Origin: an uncultured Candidatus Cloacimonadota bacterium
GTDB lineage: Bacteria > Cloacimonadota > Cloacimonadia > Cloacimonadales > Cloacimonadaceae
Length of the DNA stretch: 64,000 bases
Direction of reading: 5' to 3'
Assembly: GCA_964583755.1 (NCBI GenBank)
Contig: CAZOVZ010000004.1
Location: forward strand, 4,179 to 68,178
Below, in pieces: positions 26,299 through 34,148 of this stretch. Made by a program: the position numbers and the translations under genes. A model generated the notes under the pieces. That model did not search any database. It was not told the origin of the DNA and saw only the letters and a list, made by a program, of their open reading frames with translations. The stretch's first letter is position 1; each line of letters opens with the position of its first letter.

Positions 26299-29200
26299 TT
26301 AAAACTCGTAGCTAAAGTAGAATCCGGATTGGAATTCATAGTCGTTCAGGACTTCCAGGCCTTCGTTGGTGGGAGAGCCGGCGTCCAGGGTCCGCAGCAG
26401 CGACCTGACGCCAAGGCGGCTGGAGTTGGTCTTGGAGAGGAAGTTGTCGATCAGCACGGAATAATCCAGCATGAACTGCCAGGGGAAGGTGATGTTGAAC
26501 TGGCGGTACCAGTCCAGGGGACCCCAGGCGTCCTTTTTGGCGTAGGCGGCGATGTAGTGGCGGTTGTTGAGGATGAATTCCGTGGCCAGGGAAACGTATT
26601 CCGGGGCGGCGCCTTCGGGATTGCCGGAAGACTGCTGCTTGCCGCCTTCCAGGTTGGCGATGATCTTCAATCCGCGGTTGGGATTGAGCACAAAGCGGCC
26701 CTTGGCCAGCCAGACGTCCTCCGCCGGCAGGCCGCTGCCAAACGGGGCGTTGGTGTTGCCTTCCTGGTAGAAAAAGAGGTTGGCGTCCGTCACGGTCTCG
26801 TAGCGGGTCACGTTGCCGCCCACGCTGAAGGCGAACGCGGCGTCCTCCTTGCGGTCGCTGTCCCAGGCGTAGAAATAGCTGGCCGGAGTGGGATCGTAGG
26901 TGAGGAAAAACTCGCCAGCCAGCGCCTGCCGGTTGTCCAGCACGGCAAAGGGATCTTTGTCGCGGTTGCGGGGGCTGAGGCCGGGAAAGAGGTCTGTGCC
27001 GTCGATCGAGGGTTCCAGGCTGGGGTTGGATTCCAGCAGGTTGGTCCGATACAGCGCCCGGGGCAACAGCCAGATATTGCCCAGCGGGATCAGGAGCCCG
27101 CCCTCAAATTCCAGTTTGTTGCCCAGCGCCGAATAGGGCAGGGTGGTGTCGAATTCGCGCAGGGGGCTGCCGCCGTCCGCAACCAATCCGGCCAGGGTGA
27201 CCGAGGCGTCGATCTTGCTGCCGGCGGGGCCGTCCACCGTAGCTTTGGCCTTGAGGCCCTGGGTGTCCAGCAGTTTGATCTGGTCCCGATAGACCTCGCC
27301 GTCCTCGTAGTAGTAAAAGGTTTCATCCAGCTTTTCGCTGCCGGCGAAGAGCCAGCCCAGCTCCAGCTTGGTGCGGGGGATGAGTTTGGTCTCCAGGCTC
27401 AGCGAGGTCTGCCGCGTGGCGCGGGAGGTGGCTTCGGTGGCGGTGGTGGAGGCCTGCGCGCGGGCAAAATCCTCCGCGTGGATCAGGGTGAATTTGGCCA
27501 GCCGGGTGGCCCAGTCGTATTTGACCAGGGCTTTGGGGTTGGCGCCCCAATAGACCTCGGGGCCAGCCACGACGCGGAGTCCGGGCAGAAACTTGTTGCC
27601 CACGAATTCCAGGCCGTAAGGCGCTTTGGCGTTCCAGATGTCCATCCCTTCCATGTCCGTGGCTTCGTAGAGCAGGCCATAGAGGTCGCCCTGGTATTTC
27701 CAATGGTAGCGCGGGACGTGGTAGAAGGCGTTGAGGTCGAAAGCGGGGGTGTGGTAGGTGGCGTCGAAGCTGTAGATCTCCAGGCGTTCGGAATCCTTGA
27801 CCTCGCGGGTAGTGTTCACCGCCAGGCCGGCGGCGTTGGTTTCGGAGATCACGTTCACATAGGTGGCGCCGCGTTTTCCGTAGTATTCGTCGAGCTGTTT
27901 GTCGACCACGTTGCCCAGGATGTTGAGGGTGAAATTGCCCTTGATCCGGCTGATGGGGTTGAAGGCGAAATCCAGAAACAGCATCTCGCCATTGGAAAAA
28001 TCCAGCCCGTTCTTGCCGTTGGTTTCCACCTCGGCGGATTTTCCGTTGAAGACCAGGTCTCCCTCCAGGCTGCCACCAGTGAGCCGGAGCGCGTCGCTCT
28101 GCTGTTTTTCGGCCTGCAGTTGGCGCAGGTTGGCAGCCACGGCGAGAAAATCCATGTCGATCGCCGCCAGTTGAGAGTTCAAGGCGTCACGATCCAGCCC
28201 GGGGAGGTCCATTTTGAACATTTTGGCGATCACGTCGTAGGCCATTCTGGGCCGGGCGGCGTAGACCCCGTCGTCGTTGGGGTCGCCCAGGGCGCAGATG
28301 CCGAACCACTCTTCGTTCATGTTGTTGCGGCCCTCGATGAAGTCAAAGGAATAACCGCCGTTGCTCCAGGAAGCGTTGTTGTCCTGCACGAACAGGTTTT
28401 CTTCCTGCTTGTATTTCCACCATTCGTCGCGCCATTCGAAGAGGCAGCCGCCCAGGGCATTGCCTTCCTCGCCCTTGCCGCGGCTCTTGCGGTAGATCTC
28501 GGACCAGTTGCCCTTCACGATGTGGGCCTGGCCGGACTGGTCCTCCCGGTTTTCCAGGGCGTTGAAGGCGTCGCTGCCAAACTCCATCAGCACGATGGGC
28601 AGGCCCAGTTCCTTATCCACCCGTTTCCAGAGGTCTGTAAAGCTGATCCCCCGGTAGGCGTTGACGCCCAGGAGGTCGAGGCTTTTGCAGGTTCCGGCGA
28701 TCAGGTCCAGATACTGGATATCGCCGTTGACGATGGTGAACGGATGCTTTCGGTCAAGCTGTTTGCCGGCGGCAATGATCTCTTCATAGAGGCTGTAGAG
28801 GTATTTCGCCCGTTCCCGGTGCCGTTCGCCCACGGGCAGGTTTTCGATCTCGAAGCTTGCCCATTCCAGGCCATAGTTGTTTTCGTTGCCCAAAGCGAAC
28901 ATCAGGACGCCCGGAGTGTCGCGGTAGAGCTCCACCACACCGAGGATGTCCCGTTTGATGGCTTCCCGGGTGGCGGGATCGGCATAGTTCGTCTGGGGAA
29001 TCCAGGCTCCGTTCACGTTGAAGCCGTATCTGCCCATCAGATGGTTCACGATGGTCATGATCCCGTGCTCCCGGTGGATGTAGGCCACCCATTTGGGGGG
29101 GATGAGCCCGAAACAGCGGATGGTGTTGATCCCGGCGGCTTTCATCAGTCCGCACTCGTAATCCAGAACGTTCATGATGAATTCATCAGAGTGGCCCCAG

Positions 29201-29364
29201 AGGTTGTAGGAATAATTTTCGCCGACCGGCGTGTAGCCCCAGACGACGCCTTTCACGAAGTAATCTTTGCCGTCCACTTTCAGGCTCCACCCGCCGGCTT
29301 CCTTTTGGGGGTAGACCTGGTTGGTTTCCGCGGCCAGGCGGGGCGCCGCCGCGGTGGAAAACAT
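26299..29364 (-). CDS. clan GH-A glycosidase domain fused to a large C-terminal outer-membrane beta-barrel (signal peptide apparently in another frame, 29423..29362)
   Basis: 1021-aa ORF. The N-terminal ~390 aa carry FALGNENNYGLEW and PIVLMEFGSDAF (GH-A acid/base- and nucleophile-like). The remaining ~620 aa are alternating beta-strand-like sequence ending ...SGFYFSYEF, an aromatic C-terminal OMP signature. A strong RBS (AAGGGAGGA) and the ATG at 29423 encode MTDHGFALKTKLTFIIALMI in the -1 frame relative to the body. Confidence 0.7.
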   Translation of the reverse strand: MFSTAAAPRLAAETNQVYPQKEAGGWSLKVDGKDYFVKGVVWGYTPVGENYSYNLWGHSDEFIMNVLDYECGLMKAAGINTIRCFGLIPPKWVAYIHREHGIMTIVNHLMGRYGFNVNGAWIPQTNYADPATREAIKRDILGVVELYRDTPGVLMFALGNENNYGLEWASFEIENLPVGERHRERAKYLYSLYEEIIAAGKQLDRKHPFTIVNGDIQYLDLIAGTCKSLDLLGVNAYRGISFTDLWKRVDKELGLPIVLMEFGSDAFNALENREDQSGQAHIVKGNWSEIYRKSRGKGEEGNALGGCLFEWRDEWWKYKQEENLFVQDNNASWSNGGYSFDFIEGRNNMNEEWFGICALGDPNDDGVYAARPRMAYDVIAKMFKMDLPGLDRDALNSQLAAIDMDFLAVAANLRQLQAEKQQSDALRLTGGSLEGDLVFNGKSAEVETNGKNGLDFSNGEMLFLDFAFNPISRIKGNFTLNILGNVVDKQLDEYYGKRGATYVNVISETNAAGLAVNTTREVKDSERLEIYSFDATYHTPAFDLNAFYHVPRYHWKYQGDLYGLLYEATDMEGMDIWNAKAPYGLEFVGNKFLPGLRVVAGPEVYWGANPKALVKYDWATRLAKFTLIHAEDFARAQASTTATEATSRATRQTSLSLETKLIPRTKLELGWLFAGSEKLDETFYYYEDGEVYRDQIKLLDTQGLKAKATVDGPAGSKIDASVTLAGLVADGGSPLREFDTTLPYSALGNKLEFEGGLLIPLGNIWLLPRALYRTNLLESNPSLEPSIDGTDLFPGLSPRNRDKDPFAVLDNRQALAGEFFLTYDPTPASYFYAWDSDRKEDAAFAFSVGGNVTRYETVTDANLFFYQEGNTNAPFGSGLPAEDVWLAKGRFVLNPNRGLKIIANLEGGKQQSSGNPEGAAPEYVSLATEFILNNRHYIAAYAKKDAWGPLDWYRQFNITFPWQFMLDYSVLIDNFLSKTNSSRLGVRSLLRTLDAGSPTNEGLEVLNDYEFQSGFYFSYEF

Positions 29365-29472
29365 ATCATCAGCGCGATGATGAACGTTAGTTTTGTTTTC
29401 AAAGCAAAACCGTGATCGGTCATATCATCCTCCCTTAAATTGTCAAAGGAATCTGCAAGATATTGAGCAATT

Positions 29473-29514
29473 ACTGCTATATAGCACTCTCCGCCCGGAG
29501 CGTTTTCGTGTCAA
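29473..29514 (-). promoter_or_regulatory. -35 hexamer plus 16-bp palindromic box upstream of the GH/beta-barrel operon
   Basis: On the minus strand: TTGACA (29514-29509), 20 nt, then AGTGCTATATAGCAGT (29488-29473). The identical 16-mer at identical spacing is found at 31855..31896 on the plus strand. Confidence 0.6.
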
Positions 29515-29807
29515 GCATTTTTTTGCCGCTGATGCAATTATTTGCCGGACAGCGTTCCCAGCGCCACTTGTCACCCGCCCTCTGGCGTCAGGTTCAAGGC
29601 AATGAGAACACCGATTGATGACAGACTGTAGATTAGGATAGCCGCCGGGACTTGCCATCTGGCGGCACTTGGGCTTTGTGGTTATCAGGTGGACACTCGC
29701 CAGTTGTCGCCAAAGAAAACCATCCCACTCCCGCTACTACAGGAGGACAGCTTCCAGGGGAAGGATGCGCACTGACTGGGCAGGGCACTATCGATGTCAC
29801 AGCCCCG

Positions 29808-30252
29808 AAGCATTAAGCGTTAAACAAACGATAAGCAAACCCTTGCGTAATGGTTTATTCATTGCCTGTCAAGGGTTTAGGCCAAGCTTTAAGCAATATC
29901 CGGGCCTTTGACGCCCCGCTGGGATGGAGGCGAAACCTCAACATGCTGGAGTTAGTTAAAGTGTTGATATATATAGTATATATACTATATATTATATAAT
30001 TGTTTTTATTATTTATATTACTTATATTACTTATATGATTACTCCCCTTTACCTCTCAGATTTGCGGCATCAATTCCCCTCTCTTTCCTGCCGGGGGGAT
30101 GGAGAAAGCAGAAATTGCTAAAAGCTTGGGTTAACTTACTGTGGTATATGCAGTTATATGTTAAGCAAGGGTCTGCTTAACGCTTGCTTAATGCTTAGAG
30201 CTTATCAGCCATATTGCTGGTATTCTATGCGGTCGGTGCTTTCGCCTCCATC
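29808..30252. repeat. non-coding hub: inverted sequence modules around an extremely AT-rich palindromic/iterated core
   Basis: Modules and their inverted copies: P 29808-29846 / 30165-30196; Q 29882-29897 / 30114-30129; R 29923-29935 / 30240-30252. The core holds a perfect 24-bp palindrome ATATATAGTATATATACTATATAT (29969-29992) and three tandem 9-mers TTATATTAC (30013-30039, the third imperfect). Confidence 0.8.
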
Positions 30253-30390
30253 ACCCAACCACTTCATCACGTCATCCTGTGATCCCGATGATCATGTCGA
30301 TCCTGTCATCAGAGTTCTATTCTTTTTCACGCGATTTTCCGTGGCCTATTCCAAAAAAAGCGTAACCCACTATCCATAGACGGGGTTGTT

Positions 30391-30506
30391 CCTTATTGCA
30401 ATCCTTAATGAATCGTGTAATCCACCCGAAGAGTTCCCGTCCCGGGCTCGCCAACTCTCACGGTGGATAAGGACATTCAAAAGGGATTGTAATAGGAGCC
30501 AAAGGG
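30391..30506. repeat. long imperfect palindromic element, copy A (CCACCCGAAGAGTT family)
   Basis: The outer stem pairs CCTTATTGCAATCC (30391-30404) with GGGATTGTAATAGG (30483-30496). The inner stem pairs ATCCACC-CGA-AGAGTT (30420-30435) with AACTCT-CAC-GGTGGAT (30453-30468). The tail GAGCCAAAGGG is the reverse complement of the CCCTTTGGCTC terminus of the ATTACGGG family. A homologous copy lies at 49859..49976. Confidence 0.75.
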
Positions 30507-30592
30507 TAAGTGAGTTAATTGGTTAGGGGTTAACGGGGCCGAGGGCAGAGCCGCCTCCGTTCAACCGTTCGTCCGGTCAACCGTTCAACGGA

Positions 30593-31648
30593 TTAACTAG
30601 GCGGTGGGGCGCAGGTGCCGCGCTTGACCAGGGTCGCTTCCAGGACCAGGTGGCTAAAGTCTGTATTGGCTCCGCCGATCGCGTCCAGGAGCATCTCCAC
30701 GGCTTTGGCGGCCATGGCTTCGATGGGGGCGGCGTTGGTGGTGAGGGGCGGAAAGACCACCGAAGCCATCAGGACGTCGTCGAAGCCCAGGACGCTGATC
30801 TCCTCCGGGATGCGGAATCCGCTCTCCTGGATCACCTTCATGGCGCCTATGGCCATGGAATCGTTGGCGCAGACGATCGCCGTGGGCGGCTGGGTCAGGG
30901 AAGCGAAATACTGGCCGGCCCGTTCGCCGGATTCGAAGGAATAATCGCCCCGGAAGACCAGCTTCGGATCGGCTTTGAGGCCAAAGCGGGCCAGGGCGTT
31001 GCGGTAGCCCAGCAGGCGGTGCTTGCAGACGTCGGAATCCATCAGGCCGGAGACAAAGCCGACGCGGCGATGGCCCAGGGAGAGCAGGTATTCGGTGGAG
31101 TGGCTGCAGCTGTTGAAGTTGTCGATGGTGACGGAGGGGAGGGATTTATCCGCGGCGATGTTGTCCAACAGGACCAGGGGGAGGAAATGCTTGATCTCCT
31201 GGATCCGGTCTTCGATGCGGGGAAAGCAGCAGATGATGGCGCCGTCCACCTTTTTGGTGTTTTTGAGGGGGTTGAGGTCGTCAAAATCTGAAAAGAAAAG
31301 GATGTTGTAGCCGTTTTTGGTGGCCTCGGCCTCCAGCGATTTGAAGACGAGGGAGTAGTAGGGGCTGGAAATGCCATCCTGGATGTTGTCGTCCAAAAAG
31401 AAACCGATGTTGTTGGTGATCCGGGAACCGTTTTTTTTGTGGCCGACATAGGTGCCTTTGGTGCTGTCCTTATAGAGGACACCCTCATCGACCAGCTCCG
31501 CCACGGCCTTGCGCGCCGTCATGTAGGACACGCCCAGCCGCTCCGCCAGGACGCGCTCTCCGGGCAGCTTGTCCACCAGGAGGCCCTGGCCGATCAGGTC
31601 TTTGATCCGGTCTTTGATCCGGATGTACTTGTGGATGGCTTTGGTCAT
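30593..31648 (-). CDS. transcriptional regulator, GntR-type HTH fused to a LacI/PBP1-type sugar-binding domain (AraR-like architecture)
   Basis: N-terminus YIRIKDRIKDLIGQGLLVDKLPGERVLAERLGVSYMTARKAVAELVDEGVLY (GntR wHTH). It is followed by the LacI-family effector domain ...IGFFL...VDGAII...LGHRRVGFVSG...AIVCANDSMAIGAM...IPEEISVLGFDD. ATG at 31648; the ORF-track GTG start is at 31657. Confidence 0.85.
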   Translation of the reverse strand: MTKAIHKYIRIKDRIKDLIGQGLLVDKLPGERVLAERLGVSYMTARKAVAELVDEGVLYKDSTKGTYVGHKKNGSRITNNIGFFLDDNIQDGISSPYYSLVFKSLEAEATKNGYNILFFSDFDDLNPLKNTKKVDGAIICCFPRIEDRIQEIKHFLPLVLLDNIAADKSLPSVTIDNFNSCSHSTEYLLSLGHRRVGFVSGLMDSDVCKHRLLGYRNALARFGLKADPKLVFRGDYSFESGERAGQYFASLTQPPTAIVCANDSMAIGAMKVIQESGFRIPEEISVLGFDDVLMASVVFPPLTTNAAPIEAMAAKAVEMLLDAIGGANTDFSHLVLEATLVKRGTCAPPPS

Positions 31649-31854
31649 CAAACTCACTTCACTTTAGGGCGGCCATGGGGGCCGTATAGCAATCGATCGG
31701 TGCCTGACAGCCGCGAGTTCCGCGTAGGCTCTGTTGCTATCAAGCAATGAAAACAATGATTGCGCAAGCTCCAAATAAGTCAAGTAATCTTTTAAACGGA
31801 GCCCAGGCCTGTTCCGGACGCCGGAGGTATTTTTGGATGAGCACGAAAAAAAGC

Positions 31855-31896
31855 TTGACACGATTGGCGGCGGCGCAAATAGTGCTATATAGCAGT
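31855..31896 (+). promoter_or_regulatory. -35 hexamer plus 16-bp palindromic box upstream of the plus-strand glucan operon
   Basis: TTGACA (31855-31860), 20 nt, AGTGCTATATAGCAGT (31881-31896), 60 nt before the ATG at 31956. Same sequence and spacing as 29473..29514. Confidence 0.6.
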
Positions 31897-31955
31897 CAAT
31901 GTCGTTTCACACTTTGAATAGATGAATAAATAGCTTCTCTAAAAGGAAGGTTCAA

Positions 31956-34136
31956 ATGGCAATCAAGACGCTGAGTTTGATCTTTGCGGCGGTGGTTTTT
32001 TTGCTGGCCTTTGGCTGCGACAAGATCACGCCTCCGGATCAGGTTCCGGACTCCACGGAACCGGTTAATTACACCCTGGTCTGGGCGGACGAATTTGAAG
32101 CCGCCACCCTCAACGGCAACAATTGGGGCTTCGACCTGGGTTATGGCGACAACGGCTGGGGCAACGACGAGTGGCAGCAATACACCAACGCCCCGGAAAA
32201 TGTGCGGTTGGAAGACGGCAACCTGGTGCTTTCGGCGGTCTGGGATTCGATCAACTATCCCGTGCCCGGCAAGCGCGACGGCTCGGTGACTTCCGCCCGG
32301 ATCAACACCAAGAACAAGTTTTCCTTCAAATTCGGCAAGGCCGAGGCCCGGATCAAAGCGCCCACAGGCAACGGAATGTGGCCGGCGTTCTGGATGCTGG
32401 GCAAGAACCACGACAGCGCCGGCTGGCCCCAGTGCGGCGAGATCGACATCATGGAGCTCAGCCCGCTGCTGCACGGCGACCAGACCACCCTCTGCACCCT
32501 GCACTGGTGGGACGAAGACAGCTCCAGCCATCGCTCCTACGGCACCCGCAAACGCCTGTCCGCCCCGCTCTCCAACGATTACCACGTCTACGGCGTGGAA
32601 TGGGACGAGCAGCGGATAGTCGGCAAGATCGACGGCATGCCCTACTTTGTTAAAGTGATCGATCCGGGCAGCATGGACGAATTTCTGAAAGAGTTTTTCC
32701 TGATCCTCAACGTGGCCGTGGGCGGCAACCTTGGCGGAGCGCCGAATTCCGGCACCGTCTGGCCGCAGAGCATGCTGGTGGATTGGGTGCGGGTGTATCA
32801 AAGCGAAGAATCCCTGATCCCGCTTGAGACCTTTGGCGTCTTTACCGATGAAACGCCGGTGGACGCGGGCCTCACGATCGAAGTGGACGCCCAGATCTAC
32901 GTCTGGGAAAACACCCTCAACCCCGCCACGATCCCACCCTATGAAGGCGCGAACGTGCTTGCCTGGACCAGCGCGGGGGTAGGCTGGTTCGGAGCCGGGA
33001 TCAGTTCCACCACCCCGCTCGACCTCTCCGGGTTCGCCGAGGGCAACATCAAATTCATGATCAAAATGCCCGCCAATGTGACCTTCAAGATCGGCATCAG
33101 CGACAGCGAGGACCATCAAAGCTACGTGAGCTTCCCCGCCAACCAGACCGCCTACGGATTGGTCCGCAACGGGGACTGGGGACAGGCGGTGATCCCGCTT
33201 TCCGCGATCCGGGGCAATGTGGACCTGGAATCGCTGGATTACACCTTCATCATCCTGGAAGAGCAGGGCGCGCAGTGCAGCTTTGCCATCGACGACATCT
33301 ACTGGGACGGCGGGGGATCCACGCCGGGCAGCGTGAGTTTTGACCAGGACAGCTACGCCGATGACGCGGCCAGCGCCACCGTCAGCGTACAAGACCAGGC
33401 GGCGGCGGGGCAGACGGTGAACGTCTCAGTTTCCAACGGCAGGGCGTCAATCGGCCTGGCGATAGAGCTGGACGCCCTCGGCGGTGGCAGCGGAACCCTG
33501 CACTTTGGCCCCACAAACGACGCCACGGATACGATCGCCATCACCGCCGGCGGCTCCATCACCGCGTCCTATACGGACAGCAATGGCACCCTGAGGACGG
33601 ATACCGCCAATATCAGCGGCACCGGACCCTCCACCACGATGGGCATCTATTCGGAATCCCACACCGACCCGATGCTGGCCTACAGCCAGATCGTCAACAG
33701 CGCGGACTGGAGCGGCAATCCCGCCGAACCAAACGAACAGAGTACGGCAGTGACCCCGGTCGACGGCAGCTATGTGCTGTCGGTCAATTTTGCAGACATC
33801 GGAGCCGGTTGGGGCGGGATCGCCTTCAACTTTGGCTCGCAGGACGTCACCGGCTATTCCGCCCTGGTGATCAACATCAACAAGACCGCCATGCCCAACC
33901 TGGCACACTTCGGCATCAAATGGGAAGACAACTCGGGCGGCAACACCCAGGTCGACATCTCCAGCTATACGCCGACGATTTCCGGAAACTGGGCGCGCTA
34001 CGAGATACCCTTGAGCCAGTTTCCGGCGGTTAACTTTTCCCAGGTCAAATTCCTGGGCCTGTGGAACCCCACGACCAGCGCCAACGTCTATATCGTGGGC
34101 AACCTCTATTTCGACGACATCCACTTGATACAATAA
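31956..34136 (+). CDS. GH16 endo-beta-1,3-glucanase lipoprotein with C-terminal CBM-like/Ig-like domains
   Basis: AGGAAGG RBS. Lipobox VVFLLAFGC. GH16 motifs MWPAFWMLG and WPQCGEIDIMEL. The middle CBM-like domain is paralogous to that of 23746..25557 (...IKMPANVTFKIGI.DS...QSYVSFPANQTAYGLVRNGDWGQA.IP...). Confidence 0.85.
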   Translation: MAIKTLSLIFAAVVFLLAFGCDKITPPDQVPDSTEPVNYTLVWADEFEAATLNGNNWGFDLGYGDNGWGNDEWQQYTNAPENVRLEDGNLVLSAVWDSINYPVPGKRDGSVTSARINTKNKFSFKFGKAEARIKAPTGNGMWPAFWMLGKNHDSAGWPQCGEIDIMELSPLLHGDQTTLCTLHWWDEDSSSHRSYGTRKRLSAPLSNDYHVYGVEWDEQRIVGKIDGMPYFVKVIDPGSMDEFLKEFFLILNVAVGGNLGGAPNSGTVWPQSMLVDWVRVYQSEESLIPLETFGVFTDETPVDAGLTIEVDAQIYVWENTLNPATIPPYEGANVLAWTSAGVGWFGAGISSTTPLDLSGFAEGNIKFMIKMPANVTFKIGISDSEDHQSYVSFPANQTAYGLVRNGDWGQAVIPLSAIRGNVDLESLDYTFIILEEQGAQCSFAIDDIYWDGGGSTPGSVSFDQDSYADDAASATVSVQDQAAAGQTVNVSVSNGRASIGLAIELDALGGGSGTLHFGPTNDATDTIAITAGGSITASYTDSNGTLRTDTANISGTGPSTTMGIYSESHTDPMLAYSQIVNSADWSGNPAEPNEQSTAVTPVDGSYVLSVNFADIGAGWGGIAFNFGSQDVTGYSALVININKTAMPNLAHFGIKWEDNSGGNTQVDISSYTPTISGNWARYEIPLSQFPAVNFSQVKFLGLWNPTTSANVYIVGNLYFDDIHLIQ

Positions 34137-34148
34137 AGGGAGCAGAGC

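Noticed and set aside
26185-29415. A 1076-aa ORF antisense to the GH/beta-barrel gene. Similar long antisense ORFs occur elsewhere, e.g. 40806..43178 (790 aa), 23863..25707 (614 aa), 11393..12955, 31896..33392, 36174..37637 and 47333..48610.
   Set aside because: These are shadow ORFs. The sense genes rarely use TTA, CTA or TCA in frame (high GC3), so the codon-aligned antisense frame lacks stops. Their products are Gly/Arg/Ala/Val-rich low-complexity sequence with no motifs, RBS or signal peptides. The sense-strand products carry clear family motifs.
29941-30060. The AT-rich core with tandem 9-mers as a chromosomal replication origin (oriC with a DNA-unwinding element).
   Set aside because: There is no dnaA, dnaN or other origin-linked gene nearby. 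I could not find a cluster of TTATCCACA-type boxes. The best match (GGTGGATAA at 30462-30470) lies inside a dispersed palindromic repeat. It remains a formal possibility only and needs GC-skew analysis of the whole contig.
29669-30379. ORF-track entries 29669..29911 (+), 29443..29658 (-) and 30158..30379 (+) as protein genes in the non-coding hub.
   Set aside because: Their products are Arg/Ser/Cys-rich and implausible, and they have no RBS. Third-position composition is not G/C-biased like real genes here. They also run straight through the inverted modules and repeats.
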